DNA from: Octopus vulgaris
Taxonomy: Eukaryota
Reading direction: 5' to 3'
Assembly (NCBI GenBank): GCA_951406725.2
Contig: OX597816.1
Coordinates: forward strand, 163,308,001-163,372,000
Length of the DNA: 64,000 nt
Below, piece after piece: positions 13,942 to 28,190 of this stretch. The position numbers and the translations under genes are program-made. Within the stretch, counting starts at the first letter, position 1. The number at the start of each line of letters is the position of its first letter. The notes below the pieces were generated by a model that worked only from the letters and a program-made list of their open reading frames with translations, did not search any database and was not told where the DNA came from.

Positions 13942-14003
<62 letters not shown>

Positions 14004-14632
14004 AAGAAGAAGAAGAAGAAGAAGAAGAAGAAGAAGAAGAAGAAGAAGAAGAAGAAGAAGAAGAAGAAGAAGAAGAAGAAGAAGAAGAACCTGTAGACTG
14101 AGATTCGAGATAAGGATCTCTGAGTCAAAAGTTTTGAATATCTAAAGACAAATATACAAAAAATATAAGTATCTTATATGGTAATGAAGAAGCGTGAATA
14201 GATATCAGGTTATATGGAATAGGCATATATAAATATAATAATAGTTGGATATGGGTTAGGGTTACATGAAAGAAGTCTTATAAGATACGCGAGCAAATTT
14301 CGGGATGGTCACATCAGATGATCACGAATGGATAAAACAATGAGTAATAAATTACTTCTAATTTAGGTATGAGGGCGGAAATCTTGAGGGAGGGCAAGCG
14401 ATCAGTCGATTCTATCAATCCCAGTACTTCAATGGTACTTTATTTGGATGAAAAAAAAAAGCTCACGTCGGTGGCATTTGAACTTAGAATGAATGTAGAA
14501 AGCCGGAACAAATACCGCAGTGTATTCTTCTGTCTTTTGTCAAGCCATCGGTTTCCGGAGATTTAAACACATTAACACCAGTGGTAGTGTACAAACACGG
14601 CCACATGCAAATATTATATATATATATATTTA

Positions 14633-14682
<50 letters not shown>

Positions 14683-14686
<4 letters not shown>

Positions 14687-15068
14687 AGGAGTGGCTGTGC
14701 GGTAGGTAGCTTGTTTACCAACCACATGGTTCCGGGTTCAGTCCCACTGCGTGGCACCTTGGGCAAGTGTCTTCTACTATAGCCTCGGGCCGACCAAAGC
14801 CTTGTTAGTGGATTAGGTAGACGGAAACTGAAAGAAGCACGTCGTATATATGTATATATATATATATATGCGTGTGTGTCCTCCTAGCATTGCTTGACAA
14901 CCGATGCTAGTGTGTTTATGTCCTCGTTACTTAGCGCTTCGGCAAAAGAGACCGATAGAATAAGTACTGGGCTTACAAAAGAATAAGTCCCGGGGTCGAG
15001 TTGCTCGATTAAAGGCGGTGCTCCAGCATGGCCGCAGTCAAATGACTGAAACAAGTAAAAGAATAAAA

Positions 15069-15071
<3 letters not shown>
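14683..15071 (+). mobile_element. tRNA-derived SINE, family B (GGCGCAGGAGTGGCTGTGTGG head), full length
   Basis: A box TGGCTGTGCGG, B box GGTTCAGTCCC, internal (TA)(TG) tract, conserved tail. Confidence 0.9.
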
Positions 15072-15104
<33 letters not shown>

Positions 15105-15108
<4 letters not shown>

Positions 15109-15370
15109 TTTTATAATTATGAGTATAATTATAATTAGGGTCCAACAAAAATTTGCTTCACCACATACCAAAATTTAGAAATAGCAGTTAAAACTAACTA
15201 TTTCTTTCCCATAAAAAATCTCCAAGACAACACTATTCAATACTTGTCTGAGAGATTTTCTTATGGTAGACAATTAGTTAGTTTTAACTGCTATTTCTAA
15301 ATTTTGATATGTGGTGAAGCAAATTTTTGCTGAACCCTAATTATAATTATGCTCATAATTATAAAAATTT
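15105..15370. repeat. Imperfect fold-back palindrome: ~125-bp arms, 13-nt loop (15231-15243)
   Basis: AAATTTTTATAATTATGAG..TTTGCTTCACCACATA..AGACAA / TTGTCT..TATGTGGTGAAGCAAA..CTCATAATTATAAAAATTT. Confidence 0.92.
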
Positions 15371-15443
15371 TACCGTTAATGGTTCTTTTAACATACCGAA
15401 CTACTTGGTAAAATTATTAATTATTAATTAATTAATTTTACCC

Positions 15444-15511
<68 letters not shown>

Positions 15512-15521
15512 CATTATTATT

Positions 15522-15835
15522 GGGAGAGCTGTGCATGCCATCAAAGTGGCACTGGGGTAAAATATACAAAGCCCAGTATACCCATCATGATACCCGTCTG
15601 ATAAGGGTACACTAGGCACATGCATCACAACCATATGTGTGCGACATGGTGATCTCATATCAAGATAAACAGCACATGACCTTGCAGGTGGGGCCCAGTT
15701 AGAAGTTTCTTCTGGTCAGGTAACCCATCCTCCTCAAAAGGTCCCCAAATAAAGGTTGTTTAAGGATGCTGAACGAAACACCCATGTTTCCAAAGGTGAA
15801 TTATTCACACCCCAAAGAATCCTTCTCGACACATG

Positions 15836-15836
<1 letters not shown>
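15522..15836 (-). mobile_element. Non-coding retroelement 'X' embedded in (AAT)n
   Basis: Reverse complement of 20940-21265; (TAT)n on both sides. Confidence 0.8.
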
Positions 15837-15881
<45 letters not shown>

Positions 15882-16231
15882 GATATATGTATATATACGG
15901 TGAGACTGAATCTGGAACCATATGGATGAGAAACAAACTTCTTACCACACTGCTACGTCTGCGCCTATAACGCCTTTTTTTTTAATAAATTGTCATTGAA
16001 AATTAAAGTACATGAACAATAGAAAACATTTGTGCGACACTAATTTGACACTAGCAAACTCTATACATTGTCACACCACCTTGTCCTATTCATTGTAATC
16101 TGTGCAGATACATAGTTCAATCGCCATTTTTTCTTGACAGGAGTATTTCTAAGCGGAAATATTGTATGTATGTATGTATGTATGTATGTATGTATGTATG
16201 TATGTATGTATGTATGTATGTATGTATGTAT

Positions 16232-16312
16232 ATCGCCCTAGGCGGCGTTGCAAAGAATAGAGCTTCAGCTGTTTAAGTCGAGCCCAATAATCGAGTCCCT
16301 TCGTGCCATTTA
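16232..16312 (-). mobile_element. CR1-group LINE ORF2 C-terminal fragment
   Basis: NGTKGLDYWARLKQLKLYSLQRRLGRY matches the L.YWERLK.L.LYSL.RRR.RY motif. Confidence 0.7.
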
Positions 16313-16833
16313 TTATACGTATGTATGCATACTTGTATGCATGTATGTATGTCTGTAAGAATGTATGTATGTGTATATTTATGTATGTATTTGTGTATGT
16401 GTTTTCGCCTTGTTTAGAATGCGTACGACCAATATATTTGTTTTTGCTCTGCGTCTCGGTCAACTTTTCTTAGCAAGGTTAACCTATTATTTGCAGTTGG
16501 GTTTATTTCTTCTCGATGTTAGTTAACTGTTCCATATAGGATTTGGTGCTGCTGAGAGAATAATCGAAAGACATCAATGTTTATAAATGTTTATAAATAG
16601 GAAAGTGGTTCTTATTAATTTGCTGAAAAAAACATCCAGCGGATATATGGAGAAATCACAGACATACACTAATACATCAGTAGAGAATCATTGATGAATA
16701 GAAAAACTCATGCTAAGATATTGGGCATATATATATACATTTGTGTGTCTGCTCGTATGTGTATATGTGTATGTATGTATATGCGTGTACGATTACATGC
16801 ATGCATATATACATACATACATACATACATACA

Positions 16834-16866
<33 letters not shown>

Positions 16867-17148
16867 GTATATGTGTGTGCGTGTGTATGTATATATATAT
16901 ATATATATATCAAATAAAATCAAGAACAGAACACATATATAGATAGATAGATAGAAAGATAAAATATACATTTAGATAGATATATAGAATATGTGTGTGT
17001 ATATATATATATAAATATATATTTATATATATATAGAGAGAGAGATAGAGATAAAGAGAGGTAGAAAGAGAGGGAGACAGATAGATGAATAAATAAATAG
17101 ATAGATAGATAGGTAGGTAGAGAGGTAGAGAGGTCGATTGATAGATAA

Positions 17149-17236
<88 letters not shown>

Positions 17237-18317
17237 GTCCAAACTAGATTCGATATCCGGATCAATACTCCAAAGTGAAACAGGTTTTTGTCGAGAAACA
17301 AAGAACTTAAATCGCTCTATTTTATTTATTATTCATTTCTGTATATGATTTTGTATATATTTTTTTAAATGACCTTCTGGAAATTGTCGGAATGGAAACT
17401 GTGGCGAAAAAGCTGATTAATAGAAAGAAATATATCAAGTAAAGATAGGGAAATAAATCAAACTGTAAGCAGGATTTGTTGTTCGTCTGATTCTCTGGTT
17501 GAAAGAAAATGTGTGGTAGTAAATTAAAACGAATGAAGCAGCCATGAAGGAAACAGGAACAGCAGCTGAGAAAAATTAAGAAAAGTATGGAGAAAATTAA
17601 AGAAAATTATGAAAAATAAATGAAGATGGCGATGAAGAATTCAGAAGGGCAGGATGTGAAATGATAAAAAAAAGACTTAGAAGGAAGTGAGAGAGAGAGA
17701 GAGAAAGAGAGAGAGATCGGGGAGAGAGAAAGGAAAGAAAAAGAAAGGGAAGAAAAGGAAACAGAGGTAGAAGGAGAGAGGGAGGTCGAAAGTGAAAGTG
17801 AGTGACATGAAGTAAAAATATATACGTGCAAGAAAATAAAAAAAGGAATATTGAGCATCGAGAAGAATAAGCATTAAAATATAAAAGGAAGAATAGAATG
17901 AAAGAAAGAGAGAAGGAAAATATAATATATATGGCGGAGTAGATGAAAAAATTACATTGAAAAGTGATAGAGTGATAGAGCTGAAGAGGAAATGGAGAAG
18001 TAAATAAAGTTAGATATATATCATAAAGAAAAAAGGGAAAAAAAACTACAGAAATTAATAGCGTTAGTGTAAGAGAACGAATGAAGTGAGTAAAGTAAAA
18101 ACAATGGCGGAAAACTGATGAAAAAAATATATATATAAAACCGCATGAAAAACAAAAGAACATCAGCAACATGACCAACAACAATACTAATATAGAGGGA
18201 GAAGCGAAATATATATAACGGAGTAGTAAAGCTAAGAATATTTCTGAAACAAGACGAAAAGAATGCAAACAAAAGTGGAAAGACACGAGACGAGATTATT
18301 GAATAATAATAATAATA

Positions 18318-18348
<31 letters not shown>

Positions 18349-18380
18349 CACCGACGCCGACGATGGTGATGATGATGTTA

Positions 18381-18430
<50 letters not shown>

Positions 18431-18431
<1 letters not shown>

Positions 18432-20309
18432 TTTCTACCGCATGGATTGACTATAAAAAGGCCTTCGACAGTATACCGCATCCATGGATCTTGAGATCGC
18501 TGGACATCTTCAAAATTTCCCCTGTGATTTCAAACTTCCTGAAGCACAATATGTCGTTGTGGAATACGAATCTCCAATTATACCACTCTAATGGAGTACT
18601 TGCCTCAGAAAATATAAACATCAACTGTGGAATTTTTCAAGGTGACTCACTTTCACCTTTAATATTCTGCATAGCCCTAATACCCCTTACAAGTGAATTA
18701 AACAGAACAGGTTATGGGTATAAAATTGCCAATAAAAAAATAAGCCATCTATTTTATATGGATGACTTAAAACTTTATGGTAAAGACAATAATGAACTTG
18801 AAGGCCTATTGCGCACTGTGAAAGCATTCAGCGATGACATCGGGATGGAGTTTGGACTTGAGAAGTGTGCCAAGGCCACTTTCCAGAAAGGGAAAGTGAA
18901 GACCACAAATTCAGTCGTGTTAGATGTTGACACAGTCATAAGAGAGCTTGGGCAAGAACAAACATACAAATATTTAGGGATAAATGAAGGCTCTGGTATT
19001 CAGCATGCAAGCATGAAAGAGAAGATCAGGAAGGAATGTTATAGGAGAGTTCGTGCAGTCCTGAAATCTGAACTAAATGCACGTAACAAGGTGTTAGCTA
19101 TAAAATTCCTTAGCAGTTCCAGTTGTTACTTATAGCTACAATGTGTTGAACTGGAATATGAGTGAAGTAAAGAATATAGATAGGAAAATACGCAAGCTGC
19201 TGAGTTGTAATAGGATGCACCACCCAAAGGCAGACGTAGATCGCCTTTACCTTCCCAGAGCCCAAGGAGGTCGAGGCCTGATCCAATTTGAACTAGCTTA
19301 CAAAGCAACCACAATTGGACTGGCCAAATATCTCGAAATATCGAATGACTGGATGCTAAAGCTCGTGGAAAATCACGAGAGACGAAAGAAGCTTCATTCT
19401 ATCACAAAGGAAAGCAAAAAATTTGCTATTGATCTCGTGCAGGATACCCAAACAGAACAACCCGAGGGAAGTACGGCAATTATTGTTGCAAAGAAGGTGA
19501 AAATAATGGCAACGAAAAAAGCGCACGGGCAATTGGCTGATAGATGGGAGGAGAAACCTCTGCACGGCAAATATGTGACCCGCAGCAAACAAGCTGATGT
19601 TGACCAGAAGCAAACCCATCAGTGGCTGCGGAGCTCAGGGCTAAAAGCAGAGAGCGAAGGTTTCATCCTGGCTGCTCAAGATCAAAGCCTATTAACCCGG
19701 AACTACCAGGCCAATGTGATGAAAAATGGAGCAGACCCAAAATGCCGATTCTGCAACGACATGATTGAAACAGTGGACCACCTAATCTCTGGATGTAAAG
19801 TCTTAGCTCCAGTGGAGTATAAATTAAGACATGACAGAGTTGGCCAATATCTACACTGGCTAATAAGTCGGCATTACAATATCAAAACTGCCGACAAGTG
19901 GTATAATCACCACCCTGAGGCTGTAACTGAAGGAGAAAATGTGACCATTCTGTGGGACTTTCCAGTACATACAGACCGAACCATCAAGGCCAATAAACCA
20001 GATATTGTTGTGAAAGACCAAAACAATAAAGTTTGCTTATTGATCGACATGAGCATCCCCTGTGATCATAATATCTCAGCGAAAGAGTTTGACAAGCTCA
20101 GAAAATATAAAGACCTACACATTGAAATTGAGAAAATGTGGCATCTCAAGGCGGTTACAATACCAGTGATCGTAGGAGCACTAGGAATGATCAAGAAGGG
20201 AACCGAAAATTATATGAGAATGATCCCTGGCTTACCATCCCTGCAAGAAGTGCAAAAGATTGTCTTAACTGGTACATCACACGTATTGAGAAGAGCATTG
20301 TCGATGTGA
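18431..20309 (+). pseudogene. RT-RLE ORF of the Dong/R4 element, broken by a single +1 frameshift in the A4 run 19102-19105
   Basis: Removing one A gives ..VLAINSLAVPVVTYSYNVLNW.., joining ORFs 18263-19135 and 19143-20309. The N-terminal poly-N/D of the first ORF is only flanking microsatellite. Confidence 0.9.
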
Positions 20310-20487
20310 GAACTGTTGCTGCTCATGTATTTTAATTTAACTTTTAAAAAATGTTTAAAAAATGAACGAACTATTGAGTTTGGTTTAATGGCCTACCAAT
20401 GTATACTATGAGTTTCTTTGCCCTAGGAGTCGGGAAGACACTCGGCAAGAAATGGAAGCAAATTTGAAAGAAGAAAAAAAAAGTAAA
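18431..20487 (+). mobile_element. Dong/R4-clade non-LTR retrotransposon (RLE type), 5'-truncated, inserted in (AAT)n
   Basis: RT motifs IDYKKAFDS, GIFQGDSLSP, FYMDDLKLY; zinc finger CRFC..H..SGC; RHD and NKPDIVV..D..K.YK endonuclease; 3' UTR hairpin TTTCTTTGCC..GGCAAGAAA; (AAT)n on both flanks. Confidence 0.93.
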
Positions 20488-20616
<129 letters not shown>

Positions 20617-20683
20617 AAGAAGAAGAAGAAGAAGAAGAAGAAGAAGAAGAAGAAGAAGAAGAAGAAGAAGAAGAAGAAGAATG

Positions 20684-20891
20684 TCAGCATTCAACTGCCA
20701 ACATAACCAAAAAGAGATTGGTGCAAGTGTGAAGGTAGAACATCTACAAAAATCAGCATCGCTTGGAACTGCAAGAATTCTTCGCAAGGGTTCCTGAAGT
20801 CTCACCAGTAAACAAGTGTCACCTTAGTCTGCTTGCTGTGGACAGCTGACACTTTCCATCATACCCAGCAAAATAAACTGTGAGTTTTCAA
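20684..20891 (+). mobile_element. Second Dong/R4 family, extreme 3' end
   Basis: IGASVKVEHLQKSASLGTARILRK plus 3' UTR ending in (AAT)n; related to 62493-62730. Confidence 0.8.
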
Positions 20892-20939
20892 ATAATAATA
20901 ATAATAATAATAATAATAGTAATAATAAGTGGGGGAGCA

Positions 20940-21265
20940 TCATAGCTAAGTGTTGAGAGGGATTCTTTGGAGTTTGAATAATTCACCTCTGGAAACATGG
21001 GTGGTTCGTTCAACATCCTTAAACAACCCTTATTCAGGGACCTTTTGAGCGAGATGGGTTACTCGACCAGAAGAAAATTCTAACTGGGCCCCACCTGCAA
21101 GGTCATGTGCTGTTTATCTTGATATGAGATCACCATGTCGCGCACATATGGTTGTGATGCATGTGCCTGGTGTACCCTTATCAGACAGGCAGTCATGATG
21201 GGTATACTGGGCTTCGTAAATTTTACCCCAGTGTCACTTTGATGGCATGTACTGCTCTCTCACTC
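20940..21265 (+). mobile_element. Non-coding retroelement 'X' ending ..CTCTCTCACTC-(AAT)n
   Basis: Three copies in the window (15522-, 20940+, 22985+), all with the 3' end abutting AAT repeats. Confidence 0.8.
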
Positions 21266-21282
21266 AATAATGAAAATAATAA

Positions 21283-22400
21283 TTCAAGAACAGAAGGAAG
21301 AACCAAAGAGCCGACAGAAAGAAATGGAATTAGGTGAACAAATCAAGCAACAAATAAATGATGTTGGAAGTAAAGAACGCTGGTTATTGCTGACGAGCAG
21401 AGACCTGGAACGACAGACTAAAGCTCTAATTACAGCCGCTCATGCACAAGCTAATACGACGAATCTAATAAAGGCAAAGATAAACAAACTCACACAGCAA
21501 ATATAGAATCTGTGGTAAAAGAGACGAAAGTATTAATGATCGCTTCAGAGAATGCAGTAAGCTAACACAAAAAGAGTATAAGTATAAGAGTAGGCATGAC
21601 TGTTTACCTAAAAGAGTGCATCGGGATATTAGCCAAGTGTGTAACAGAAAATAAGTTATCAGACTTTACTCTCTCTTTTACTCTTTTACTTGTTTCAGTC
21701 ATTTGACTGCGGCCCTGATGGAGCACCACCTTTAGTCGAGCAAATCGATCCCAGGACTTATTCTTTATAATCCTAGTACTTACTCTCTCGGTCTCTTTTT
21801 GTCGAACCGCTAAGTTACGGGGACGTGAACACACCACCATCGGTTGTCAAGCGATGCTGGAGGACACACACAAACATATACGCACACATACATATACACA
21901 TATATACGACGAGCTTCTTTCAGTTTCCGTCTACCAAATCCACTCATAAGGCTTTGGTCGGCCCGAAGCTATAGTAGAAGACACTTGACCAAGCTGCCAC
22001 GCAGTGGGACTGAACCCGGAACCATGTGGTTGGTAAACAAGCTACTTACCGCACAGCCACTCCTGCGCCTATAATTATCGTACTTCTCCATTAAAACCGT
22101 GCATACTACTAAAGCAAGAAGGCCAGTTTCGACCATAGAGAACAAAATAAACTAAAAGTGTAAGATCATATAGTTTTACAATACCATATGATAACCGAGG
22201 GAAAATCAAATAGATTGAAAGATTTGAGGATTATCAGGGCCTAGCTAGAGAGGTGAGAAGGTGGTGGAAAGCCAAGACTGCATTTATTCCTGCGGTAATT
22301 GATGTACTTAACACAGCATTTAAATGCAACAGGAGACTGGAAGAAACTGGAATTGAGACTCGTATTATCCACCTGCAGATATACGACATCCTGCTAATTA
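21283..22400 (+). mobile_element. Old degraded Dong/R4 C-terminal region interrupted by SINE B
   Basis: WLLLTSRDLERQTKALITAAHAQA, RHD motif near 21592, and later EVRRWWKAKTAFIPAVIDVL..; frames are broken. Confidence 0.65.
21664..22069 (-). mobile_element. SINE family B, full length
   Basis: Reverse complement of the family B consensus seen elsewhere. Confidence 0.9.
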
Positions 22401-22420
22401 AATTAGCATTTAATAGCTTT

Positions 22421-22914
<494 letters not shown>

Positions 22915-22984
22915 TCAAGAACAGAAGGAAGAACCAAAGAGCCGACAGAAAGAAATGGAATTAGGTGAACAAATCAAGCAACAA

Positions 22985-23128
22985 TATGAGATCACCATGT
23001 CGCGCACATATGGTTGTGATGCATGTGCCTAGTGTACCCTTATCAGACGGGTAGTCATGATGGGTATACTAGGCTTCGTATATTTGTACCCCAGAGTCAC
23101 TTTGATGGCATGCACTGCTCTCTCACTC
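22985..23128 (+). mobile_element. Element 'X', 5'-truncated copy
   Basis: About 8 differences versus 21123-21265; followed by (AAT)n. Confidence 0.85.
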
Positions 23129-23149
23129 AATAATAATAATAACAACAAC

Positions 23150-23241
<92 letters not shown>

Positions 23242-23260
23242 GGAGAAGAAGAAGAAGAAG

Positions 23261-23292
<32 letters not shown>

Positions 23293-23501
23293 GAAGAAGA
23301 AGAAAAAGAAGAAGAAGAAGAAGAAGAAGAAGAAGAAGAAGAAGAAGAAGAAGAAGAAGAAGAAGAAGAAGAAGAAGAAGAAGAAGAAGAAGAATTTAAA
23401 TATCAACATGAACTTCTAACTTGTCTTTTGAGGTCTCTGGGTGAGACTTGGAGTCAACTTGTACAAATACAAAGAAAAAGTCACATATAATAATAATAAT
23501 A

Positions 23502-23592
<91 letters not shown>

Positions 23593-23618
23593 CGAATGAT
23601 AGTGATGGTGATGATAGA

Positions 23619-23686
<68 letters not shown>

Positions 23687-24108
23687 GGATAAATGTAAAC
23701 AAAACACAATAACGGAAATGGAAGTAGAGTTGTTGAAAGTGAAAGTGAAACTAGAAAGGGCGAGATTAAACCAACAAAAACAAACATTGATAACGGTTTA
23801 TAATACATACTTAGAGCGGGCAACCGTTTTCCTTCTATATATCTAATCGTTCGTCATTGTAATGTTTCTTCGCACTTAACTACGACTGTCTATAAATACT
23901 GGGTTCTAAAAACGGTGTAAATCGGTGAGAGAATCATAAATCTTGAAGCAAGCAAGTGGTCTAATACGTTAATGATCCGTCTGGAGACAGGCTTGCTTAA
24001 TCGATAATCAATACGTGTTCAGATAGAAGTTAATTTGCGCTGCGCTAGAAGGTCGTTACGAATAACGGCTAGTCGTCAATGAGTGGAGTGAGAAGACGAG
24101 AAAACGAA

Positions 24109-24176
<68 letters not shown>

Positions 24177-24403
24177 TTATATATATATAGACATATATAT
24201 ATATATATATACACACGCACTGAGATACACGTGTACGTGTGAATGATCTCAACACGCGCTACAGGAGTAGGTACGGAGGGAGGAGTGAAGATCTTCCTGT
24301 ATATATGTGTGTGTGTGTGTGTGTGTATGTGTGTGTGCATATGTGTGTGTGCGCGCATATATTTATATTTATATGTATATTCATCTATCTGTATAAATTT
24401 ATA

Positions 24404-24439
<36 letters not shown>

Positions 24440-24563
24440 GAGGGAGAGTCCATATATATGTAGGTGTATGCGTATACAAATATACACATGCATGTGTATA
24501 TGTATATAAGTGCATATATGTATATGTATATAATAACAATATATGTATATGTATATAATAACA

Positions 24564-24597
<34 letters not shown>

Positions 24598-24613
24598 GTA
24601 TATATATGTATAT

Positions 24614-24657
<44 letters not shown>

Positions 24658-24980
24658 TGTATGTATGTATATATATATACGTATATTATATATATAAACA
24701 CATATATAGATAAATAGATGCATGCATACATACATATATGCAAGTATTTATGGGTAGATATTTTTATGCGGATGTGTAGGTGCGCATTCATGTAGCATGA
24801 TTCCCTACACATGTATGTGTGAGTTATAAAACTACGTAAAAGACGCCCAACTCATACGCACGCATGTGCGCACATACACACACTCATTTATGCACGTATA
24901 TAATATAATAGAAAGTGGGGTTGGGATAAAGTTGTACCATGACCCGCGGAATAATAAAGGCTTCCCTTAACAACCCCCCT

Positions 24981-25035
<55 letters not shown>

Positions 25036-25221
25036 GGTGCATTGTATATGTATGTGTATATACAATATACAATCATATTCATTAGCATGTTTATTTTCAT
25101 ATAGATATATATATAATTATATAAATATATGCATAAATATACATACAAATGTATATGCATATATATATACATTTATATATACATACATAAATACATGAAT
25201 GCATACATATGTATAGATGTG

Positions 25222-25282
<61 letters not shown>

Positions 25283-26020
25283 AATATATATACACATTAT
25301 GACTACATCCCCTTATGATATTATAAGTGTAATACAGAGTACAGAAGTCGATATGATTAAGCCCTTGGATGTTATGACCCAATACGTGCATGCATGTAGC
25401 ACATTAAAATACATAGAACGAAGCACGGAAAATAATGTGTAGTAAAATCCTGTTTTTTAAGCTAGTAAACCTCTGGTTCTGTACGGACCAAATTATGCAT
25501 AAACCGTTAAGTGTAGCAGATTCCACCCGTGTTCTGCGTAATATCTAATCAACTCGAGCCATTAGAAGCTGCAAAAATAACGACCTTACAAGGATTAATG
25601 CAAACTTACCGTTGGGGTTATTCCATGTAAAGCTTTGATTTTACTATATGCATATGACTTTTATCGCTGATGATGAGATAGAATTAGCAATCGAAACAGC
25701 GTCGTGCCTTTGAGAAGCTGATATGTATGAACATATTTCTATTCGCCTTTTCCAATGTTTTTTTGCGTGTATATTTCTATTTCTACATGTACATTATTTA
25801 TGTATATATGTATTTGTTTTCTCTTATCCCTTACCTGTTCCAGTCATTAGTCTACGGCCATGATGGGGCACCACCTTGTAAAATTTTGACCGAAAAAATC
25901 GGCCCCAGTACATCTTTTTTAACCCGGATCATATCTTATTGGTCTCTTTTGCCTAACCATTAGGTTACTGGGAGGTAAATACACAATATCATATACACAC
26001 ACACAACACGACACCCCTGC

Positions 26021-26066
<46 letters not shown>

Positions 26067-26067
26067 T

Positions 26068-26130
<63 letters not shown>

Positions 26131-26143
26131 ATGTATATAGTAG

Positions 26144-26800
26144 TGTGTAGTCTTCGAATTCCCTTTCCCCTTTCTGGTTTTGAGAAGCTTAATTTTTCAA
26201 GACTGATGATGAGGCAGTGTGTTACATATCTCAGAGCCCCAATAATTACAGGTACAAATCTGAACTTGTAACCTGGATAGAGTAACTGCAGATTTCTCAC
26301 TAGTTCAGCACAGGTGTTCTCTTTTTCACTGATCTTCAGCTTTATGCTAACATCCACTGGGCAGCTGATTTCAACAACTGAGCACAGTTTCCTTTCTCTA
26401 TCCCAAATCATTATATCAGGTCTGTTGTGCTTACATTTTATTAAGGTCTTCATTAGTACATTCCTCCAGTACTCCTTTTTTATTATAAGTGATTATGGCT
26501 TCCACCATATGGTGGTTTCTTATTTCTTTGTCATCGAGATTATCCTTCCGACGGATTTCATTATAGAGTGTCCTAGCTACAATATCATGGCTCTTCAGCA
26601 GATAATATCGAGATGATATTGTGGGACAACTGCTTATGATGTGTAACATCTTCGTTTTTAACTCCACATAGTCTACGTCGGTTGTCACAATTTGCTGCTT
26701 TTTCTGCATCTCTGATCCTTTTGTGGTTGGTATTTCCTATTCCTGGATTGCAAAGGCATACCCTTCAAAGTGGCAGGTAGTTATCCGGTTATTCGTATAT
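26144..26800 (-). mobile_element. Third Dong/R4-like family, C-terminal zinc finger + RLE fragment
   Basis: HIISSCPTISSRYYL..HDIVARTLY; HNRPDIMIWDRERKLCSVVEISCP..LQLLYPGYKFRFVPVIIGAL; same family as 43638+. Confidence 0.85.
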
Positions 26801-27039
26801 GATAATCTGCTTTGATGATGATTTGCAAATGTTTGTGTTCACATAAGCTTATTCCCTCCATCAAATAGACATTACCTGTACAGGTTCACCGTGTGCCACA
26901 TGTCAGATGATGGAATTATCGCAGAGCAACGGGAAATGAAGTGCTTTGCTCAAGAATACAGCACAACTCCCGATCTGGGAATCAAACCCATGAAATCTTG
27001 AGTACAACACCCTAAACACCAAGCCACGCGCTAATATGC

Positions 27040-27092
<53 letters not shown>

Positions 27093-27235
27093 AACGTTAA
27101 TATTAAAGTGTATGCGATATAGATAGATATATTATAGTTATATATTTAATAATACATATATATATATATATATACAAACGTTAATATTAAAGTGTATGCG
27201 ATATAGATAGATATATTATAGTTATATATTTAATA

Positions 27236-27286
<51 letters not shown>

Positions 27287-27288
<2 letters not shown>

Positions 27289-28121
27289 CGCAGGTGTGAC
27301 TGCGTGGTAGGAACCTTGCTTCTTAACCACATGGTTCTAGGTTCAGTCCCATTGTGTAGCACCTTGGGCGAGTGTCTTCTACTATAGCCTCGGGCCGACC
27401 AAAGCCTTGTGAGTGGATTTGGTAGACGGAAACTGAAAGAAGCGTGTCATATTTGTGTGTATGTGTGTGCGCGCGTTTGTTTGTCTGTGTTTGTCACTCC
27501 CACCATCACTTGACAACCGATCTTGGTGTGTTCACGTCCCCGTAACTTACTTAGCAGTTCGACAAAAGAGACCGATAAAATAAGTACTAGGCTTACGAAA
27601 AATAAGTCCTGGGGTCAATTTGTTCAACTAAAGGCGGTGCTCCAGCATCGCCGCAGTCAAATGACTGAAACAAAAAAACAAAAAATATATATCATATATA
27701 TATCTATTACATATATATTATAGGAGTGGCTGTGTGGTAAGTAGCTTGCTAGCCAACCACATGGTTCCGGGTTCAGTCCCACTGCGTGGCATCTTGGACA
27801 AGTGTCTTCTGCTATAGCCCCGGGCCGACCAATGTCTTGTGAGTGAATTTGGTAGACGGAAACTGAAAGAAGCTTGTCGTATATATGTATATATATATAT
27901 ATATGTATGTGTGTGTTTGTGTGTCTGTGTTTGTCCCCCTAGCATTGCTTGACAACCGATGCTGGTGTGTTTACGTCCCCGTAACTTAGCGGTTCGGCAA
28001 AAGAGACCGATAGAATAAGTACTGGGCTTACAAAGAATAAGTCCCGGGGTCGATTTGCTCGACTAAAGGCGGTGCTCCAGCATGGCCGCAGTCAAATGAC
28101 TGAAACAAGTAAAAGAGTAAA
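27287..28121 (+). mobile_element. Two tandem SINE family B copies (27287-27685, 27722-28121)
   Basis: Each has head, internal TA/TG tract and tail. Confidence 0.9.
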
Positions 28122-28190
28122 ATATATATAATGTAGATAGATGTAGATGTAGGCATAGATATATAAGCAATGACAACAGATAGCTTGTAG

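Noticed and set aside
17597-18286. 229-aa hydrophobic ORF
   Set aside because: Reverse complement of purine-rich low-complexity DNA.
23950-23998. Short hairpin downstream of TATAAATA (23891), possible pre-miRNA or promoter
   Set aside because: Stem too short and interrupted; no recognisable mature miRNA; TATA strings are common in AT-rich DNA.
25661-25706. CTGATGATGAGAT..ATCGAAACAGCGTC hammerhead-like string
   Set aside because: Stem I does not pair and the core spacing is off by three bases.
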